A stretch of DNA of 64,000 bases, from NCBI GenBank assembly GCA_041577295.1, contig JBFGJG010000011.1, forward strand, positions 34,814-98,813. Direction: 5' to 3'. Position 1 is the stretch's first letter, and every line of letters begins with the position of its first letter. Source of the DNA: Gemmatimonadales bacterium. GTDB taxonomy: Bacteria; Gemmatimonadota; Gemmatimonadetes; Gemmatimonadales; GWC2-71-9. The translations under genes and the position numbers were made by a program. Under the pieces are notes generated by a model, which was not told the DNA's origin, made no database searches, and saw nothing but the letters and a program-made list of their open reading frames with translations. Positions 61,053 to 64,000 of the stretch are shown here, piece after piece.

Positions 61053-63736
61053 TGTCTAGCGTCACGGACAGACTGCGCACTGCACTCGCTGGGCGCTACA
61101 CCATCGAGCGTGAGCTCGGGCAGGGCGGGATGGCCACCGTGTACCTGGCGCACGACGTGAAGCACGATCGCCAGGTGGCGCTCAAGGCGCTGCGACCCGA
61201 CCTGGCCGCGGTGATCGGCGCCGAGCGTTTTTTGGCCGAGATCAAGACAACCGCCCATCTGCAGCATCCCCACATTCTGGCGCTCTTCGATTCCGGCGAA
61301 GCGGATGGCCTCGTCTTCTACGTGATGCCATTCGTGAAGGGCGAATCCTTGCGCGCGCGTATCGTCCGCGAGCATCAACTGCCAGTCGGCGAGTCGGTGC
61401 AGATCGCGCTCGAGGTCGCGGACGCCCTCGAGTACGCCCACAGCCACGGCATCGTGCATCGGGACATCAAGCCGGAGAACATCCTGTTGCACGGTGGTCA
61501 TGCCCTGGTAGTTGATTTTGGTATTGCACTAGCGGCATCCCGGTCAGATGGCGGAACGCGCATGACCGAGACAGGCATGTCGCTCGGCACGCCGCACTAT
61601 ATGAGTCCCGAACAGGCGATGGGTGAGCGCGAGATTACACCCAAAGCAGATGTGTACGCGCTCGGCTGTGTGCTGTATGAGATGTTGACGGGGGAACCGC
61701 CATTCACCGGAGCAACGGCCCAAGCTGTCATTGCACGCGTGATGACCGAGACGCCGCGCGCGCTCGCGATTCAACGCAGGACTATTCCGGCCAACGTCGA
61801 AGCTGCCGTGCTCACGGCACTCGAGAAGCTACCGGCCGACCGATTTGCCAGTGCCCGCCAGTTTGCGAGCGCTTTGCGTGACGAATCGTATCGCTCCACC
61901 GCTGCCATTGCGCCGCCTCCCGCCGCTGAGGCGCTCCGGGTTCCTGGCCGACTCACGCTGCTGCACGTGATGCTTGCGGCGCTGGCAGGCTTGGCAATAG
62001 GTGGTGCCGTGATGGCGTTGTTGCGACCCTCGCCGTCATCGTCACCGTTGCGTTACGGCCTAGGCCTTCCACCCGCGCAGGCGCCAGATCCCGACTGGCG
62101 AGCGATCCCTTCGCCGGACGGCTCGCGCATCGTGTATGTCGGCCCTGCCGAACGGGGTACGCAGCTATGGGTTAAGCAGCGGGATCGGTACGAGGCAACG
62201 GCGCTCGCGGGAACGGCGGGCGCGAACCACTTCACCTTCTCGCCGGATGGTGAGTGGATTGCCTTTGCGGTCCAGGAGCAGATCAAGAAGATCTCGATGC
62301 TCGGTGGCCCGGCGATCGTGCTGGCCGACGGCGTGCGCGGCGCGTCGGGGGTCGCCTGGCTCGACGACGACGGGATCGTCTTTTCCTTTGGCTCGGAGCT
62401 CATGCGCACCTCGGCTGAGGGAGGTCAGACGACCGTCCTGCTATCGGACAGCGCGTTCATTGCCCTCCCCAATCCGCTCCCCGGTGCAAAGGCGGTGTTG
62501 TACAGTCGTATCGGGGCCGGCAGGCCCGGGTTGTATGCACTGGACTTCGAGTCGGGCTCGGTGCATCACGTGATACCCGATGCCGTGATGGGCCAATACC
62601 TGCCGCCTCGCCACATCATTTACGTGCAGGGAAATGGCGGTGTGTTTGCCATCCCGTTCGACGCGGGCTCATTGAAGACGCGCGGGAGCCCCGTCCCCGT
62701 GATGGACGGTGTATCGGTCAGAAACGACTTCTACCCGTTCTGGGCGCTCTCGCGGTCTGGTACGTTGGTGATGCGCTTGGGTGAGACACTGACCGGACTG
62801 CGCTACGAGATGGTCTGGGTCGCACAAGATGGCCGCGAGACCCCGGTCGATCCGGATTGGGCGTTCTTGTTGACGAGATTCGGCGCCAACATCGGTTGGG
62901 CCCTTTCTCCGGATGACACGCGGCTTGCCATCGGCCTCAACACGGACGCGGGTGATGACATCTGGATGAAACCGCTTCCACGGGGTCCGCTGTCACGTGT
63001 CTCTTTCGACGCCGCCGCCGAGTATCGTCCTCGGTGGATGCCCGACGGCCGAAGCGTGATGTTCGCTTCCAACCGGGTAGGAGAGGGCGCTGGCGGGTTG
63101 TACCGCCGCGCCGCCGATGGGACTGGATCCGATTCGCTGCTTCTGCGAGCAACGGCTGGCGTATTCGAGGGATTGTGGTCGCCGGATGGCGAGTGGTTGC
63201 TATTCAGAACCGGGGGTGACGTGTCACAGGTTGGGGGTCGCGACGTCCATGGGATGCGGCCGGGCGTCGACACGACCAAGGTGCCCGTCATCGTCACGCC
63301 ATACGATGAGGAGGCAGTAGCGTTCTCGCCGGATGGCAGGTGGCTAGCGTACGAGTCCAACGAGACGGGGCGCACCGAAGTGTTCATCCGAACGTTTCCG
63401 GATACCGATGCTGGTAAGTGGCAGGTATCGAGCGGCGGTGGTGTAGCACCACTGTGGGCCAGGGATGGTCGTACGCTGTACTACGTGAACGCGGACAGAG
63501 AGATGATGGCGGTCAGCGTGGCGTCCGGCGCCGCGCCACAACTCGGTGAGCGTCGCATGCTGTTCAAGATGCGGGAGGAGTTATACCTCGCCGCGCGAGA
63601 GTATTACACCCCCTTCGACATTGCGGCAGACGGCAGGTTCATCATGGCACGCAGTGTGACACCACCGTCGAGCATTCAGACACCGTTGGTCGTGGTGGAG
63701 AACTGGCTCGAAGAGCTGCGGGAGAAGATCAAGTGA
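61052..63736 (+). CDS. Ser/Thr protein kinase with TM segment and TolB-like (PD40/WD40-like) beta-propeller ectodomain
   Basis: Hanks motifs VALKAL, HRDIKPENILL, DFGIA and SPEQ. TM segment LTLLHVMLAALAGLAIGGAVMAL. C-terminal repeated PD40-like units (FSPDG.W.AF etc.). Confidence 0.9.
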   Translation: MSSVTDRLRTALAGRYTIERELGQGGMATVYLAHDVKHDRQVALKALRPDLAAVIGAERFLAEIKTTAHLQHPHILALFDSGEADGLVFYVMPFVKGESLRARIVREHQLPVGESVQIALEVADALEYAHSHGIVHRDIKPENILLHGGHALVVDFGIALAASRSDGGTRMTETGMSLGTPHYMSPEQAMGEREITPKADVYALGCVLYEMLTGEPPFTGATAQAVIARVMTETPRALAIQRRTIPANVEAAVLTALEKLPADRFASARQFASALRDESYRSTAAIAPPPAAEALRVPGRLTLLHVMLAALAGLAIGGAVMALLRPSPSSSPLRYGLGLPPAQAPDPDWRAIPSPDGSRIVYVGPAERGTQLWVKQRDRYEATALAGTAGANHFTFSPDGEWIAFAVQEQIKKISMLGGPAIVLADGVRGASGVAWLDDDGIVFSFGSELMRTSAEGGQTTVLLSDSAFIALPNPLPGAKAVLYSRIGAGRPGLYALDFESGSVHHVIPDAVMGQYLPPRHIIYVQGNGGVFAIPFDAGSLKTRGSPVPVMDGVSVRNDFYPFWALSRSGTLVMRLGETLTGLRYEMVWVAQDGRETPVDPDWAFLLTRFGANIGWALSPDDTRLAIGLNTDAGDDIWMKPLPRGPLSRVSFDAAAEYRPRWMPDGRSVMFASNRVGEGAGGLYRRAADGTGSDSLLLRATAGVFEGLWSPDGEWLLFRTGGDVSQVGGRDVHGMRPGVDTTKVPVIVTPYDEEAVAFSPDGRWLAYESNETGRTEVFIRTFPDTDAGKWQVSSGGGVAPLWARDGRTLYYVNADREMMAVSVASGAAPQLGERRMLFKMREELYLAAREYYTPFDIAADGRFIMARSVTPPSSIQTPLVVVENWLEELREKIK

Positions 63737-63875
63737 GAGTGCAGAGTGCAGAATGCAGAGTGCAGAACCCAGATCCCAGATGGAAGCGTTCGATAGACCT
63801 CGTCAGCCAAACTCATGATTATTATCCGTTCTACTAATCTCCGATCAGCACTCTGCACTCTGCACTCTGCAATCG
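63737..63875. repeat. inverted heptamer arrays forming a long imperfect hairpin
   Basis: GAGTGCA GAGTGCA GAATGCA GAGTGCA GAACCCA GATCCCA (63737-63778) faces GCACTCT x3 GCAATCG (63848-63875). This gives about 24-26 bp of complementarity with one mismatch and a loop of about 80 nt. Confidence 0.65.
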
Positions 63876-64000
63876 TTTTGTCTCTCTCCTGCACGGCTGC
63901 GGGAGGCAACGCAGCCGCGGAGCGCAACACAACGTCTTACTTCCCGCCACGCGGTGCGTGGGAAACGCGCACACCTGGCGAGATGGGGATGGACGCGGCG
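63815..64000 (+). CDS. partial CDS (5' end): putative lipoprotein, N-terminus resembles beta-lactamase-related serine hydrolases
   Basis: ATG at 63815 gives MIIIRSTNLRSALCTLHSAIVLSLSCTAAGG...YFPPRGAWETRTPGEMGMDAA. There is an in-frame stop at 63794. The start is uncertain and the gene runs off the window. Confidence 0.4.
   Translation, partial: MIIIRSTNLRSALCTLHSAIVLSLSCTAAGGNAAAERNTTSYFPPRGAWETRTPGEMGMDAA

Noticed and set aside
60971-61501. 176-aa minus-strand ORF
   Set aside because: It is antisense to the kinase catalytic domain, which has unmistakable Hanks motifs. Its 3' end runs into the heptamer array.
63676-63930. 84-aa minus-strand ORF containing AECRVQSA and LHSAFCTLHS
   Set aside because: The peptide repeats are just the heptamer arrays read in frame (7 nt x 3 = 7 aa period). 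No start signals are present, and it spans the kinase stop.
1-64000. Mobile element, prophage or recognisable defence island (RM, TA, CBASS, retron, Cas, Abi-type genes)
   Set aside because: No integrase, transposase, recombinase, reverse transcriptase, nuclease/helicase or phage structural signatures were seen in any plausible CDS. No flanking tRNA or long direct repeats are present. GC content and codon style look uniform apart from the short AT-richer spacers.

Overview
This is a 64-kb, high-GC (about 65% by eye), very densely coding stretch of bacterial chromosome. I support about 66 CDS. I recognised no rRNA, tRNA, CRISPR array, transposase, integrase or phage genes.

Housekeeping anchors are kbl-tdh, the rho-ruvX-mltG operon, aroH, thiE, pdxH, bcp and tctCBA. 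The accessory content includes a PadR plus duplicated FtsX/MacB-type permease pair, a BlaI/BlaR1 pair with a HEAT-repeat sensor, a Ser/Thr kinase fused to a TolB-like propeller, and Tat-exported TldD/PmbA. This mix is typical of Gemmatimonadota or Acidobacteriota, which is an inference, not a search result.

I did not find a canonical defence or mobile system. The observations most worth follow-up are:
- Phase-locked heptanucleotide tandem arrays, reminiscent of cyanobacterial STRR repeats, in several intergenic spacers. One forms a long inverted repeat that overlaps the start of the next gene.
- A five-gene, translationally coupled lipid-tailoring operon that looks like a methyl/furan fatty-acid pathway.
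- A two-gene module encoding a stand-alone histidine-kinase DHp domain.
- A coupled lipoprotein / beta-barrel pair.
- Two paralogous small membrane proteins bracketing a TauE exporter.
- An unlisted 58-aa protein that is 52% Arg/Lys.

Many long ORFs in the six-frame track are antisense shadow ORFs of real GC-rich genes and were rejected. All family assignments come from reading motifs in the translations; no database search was run.
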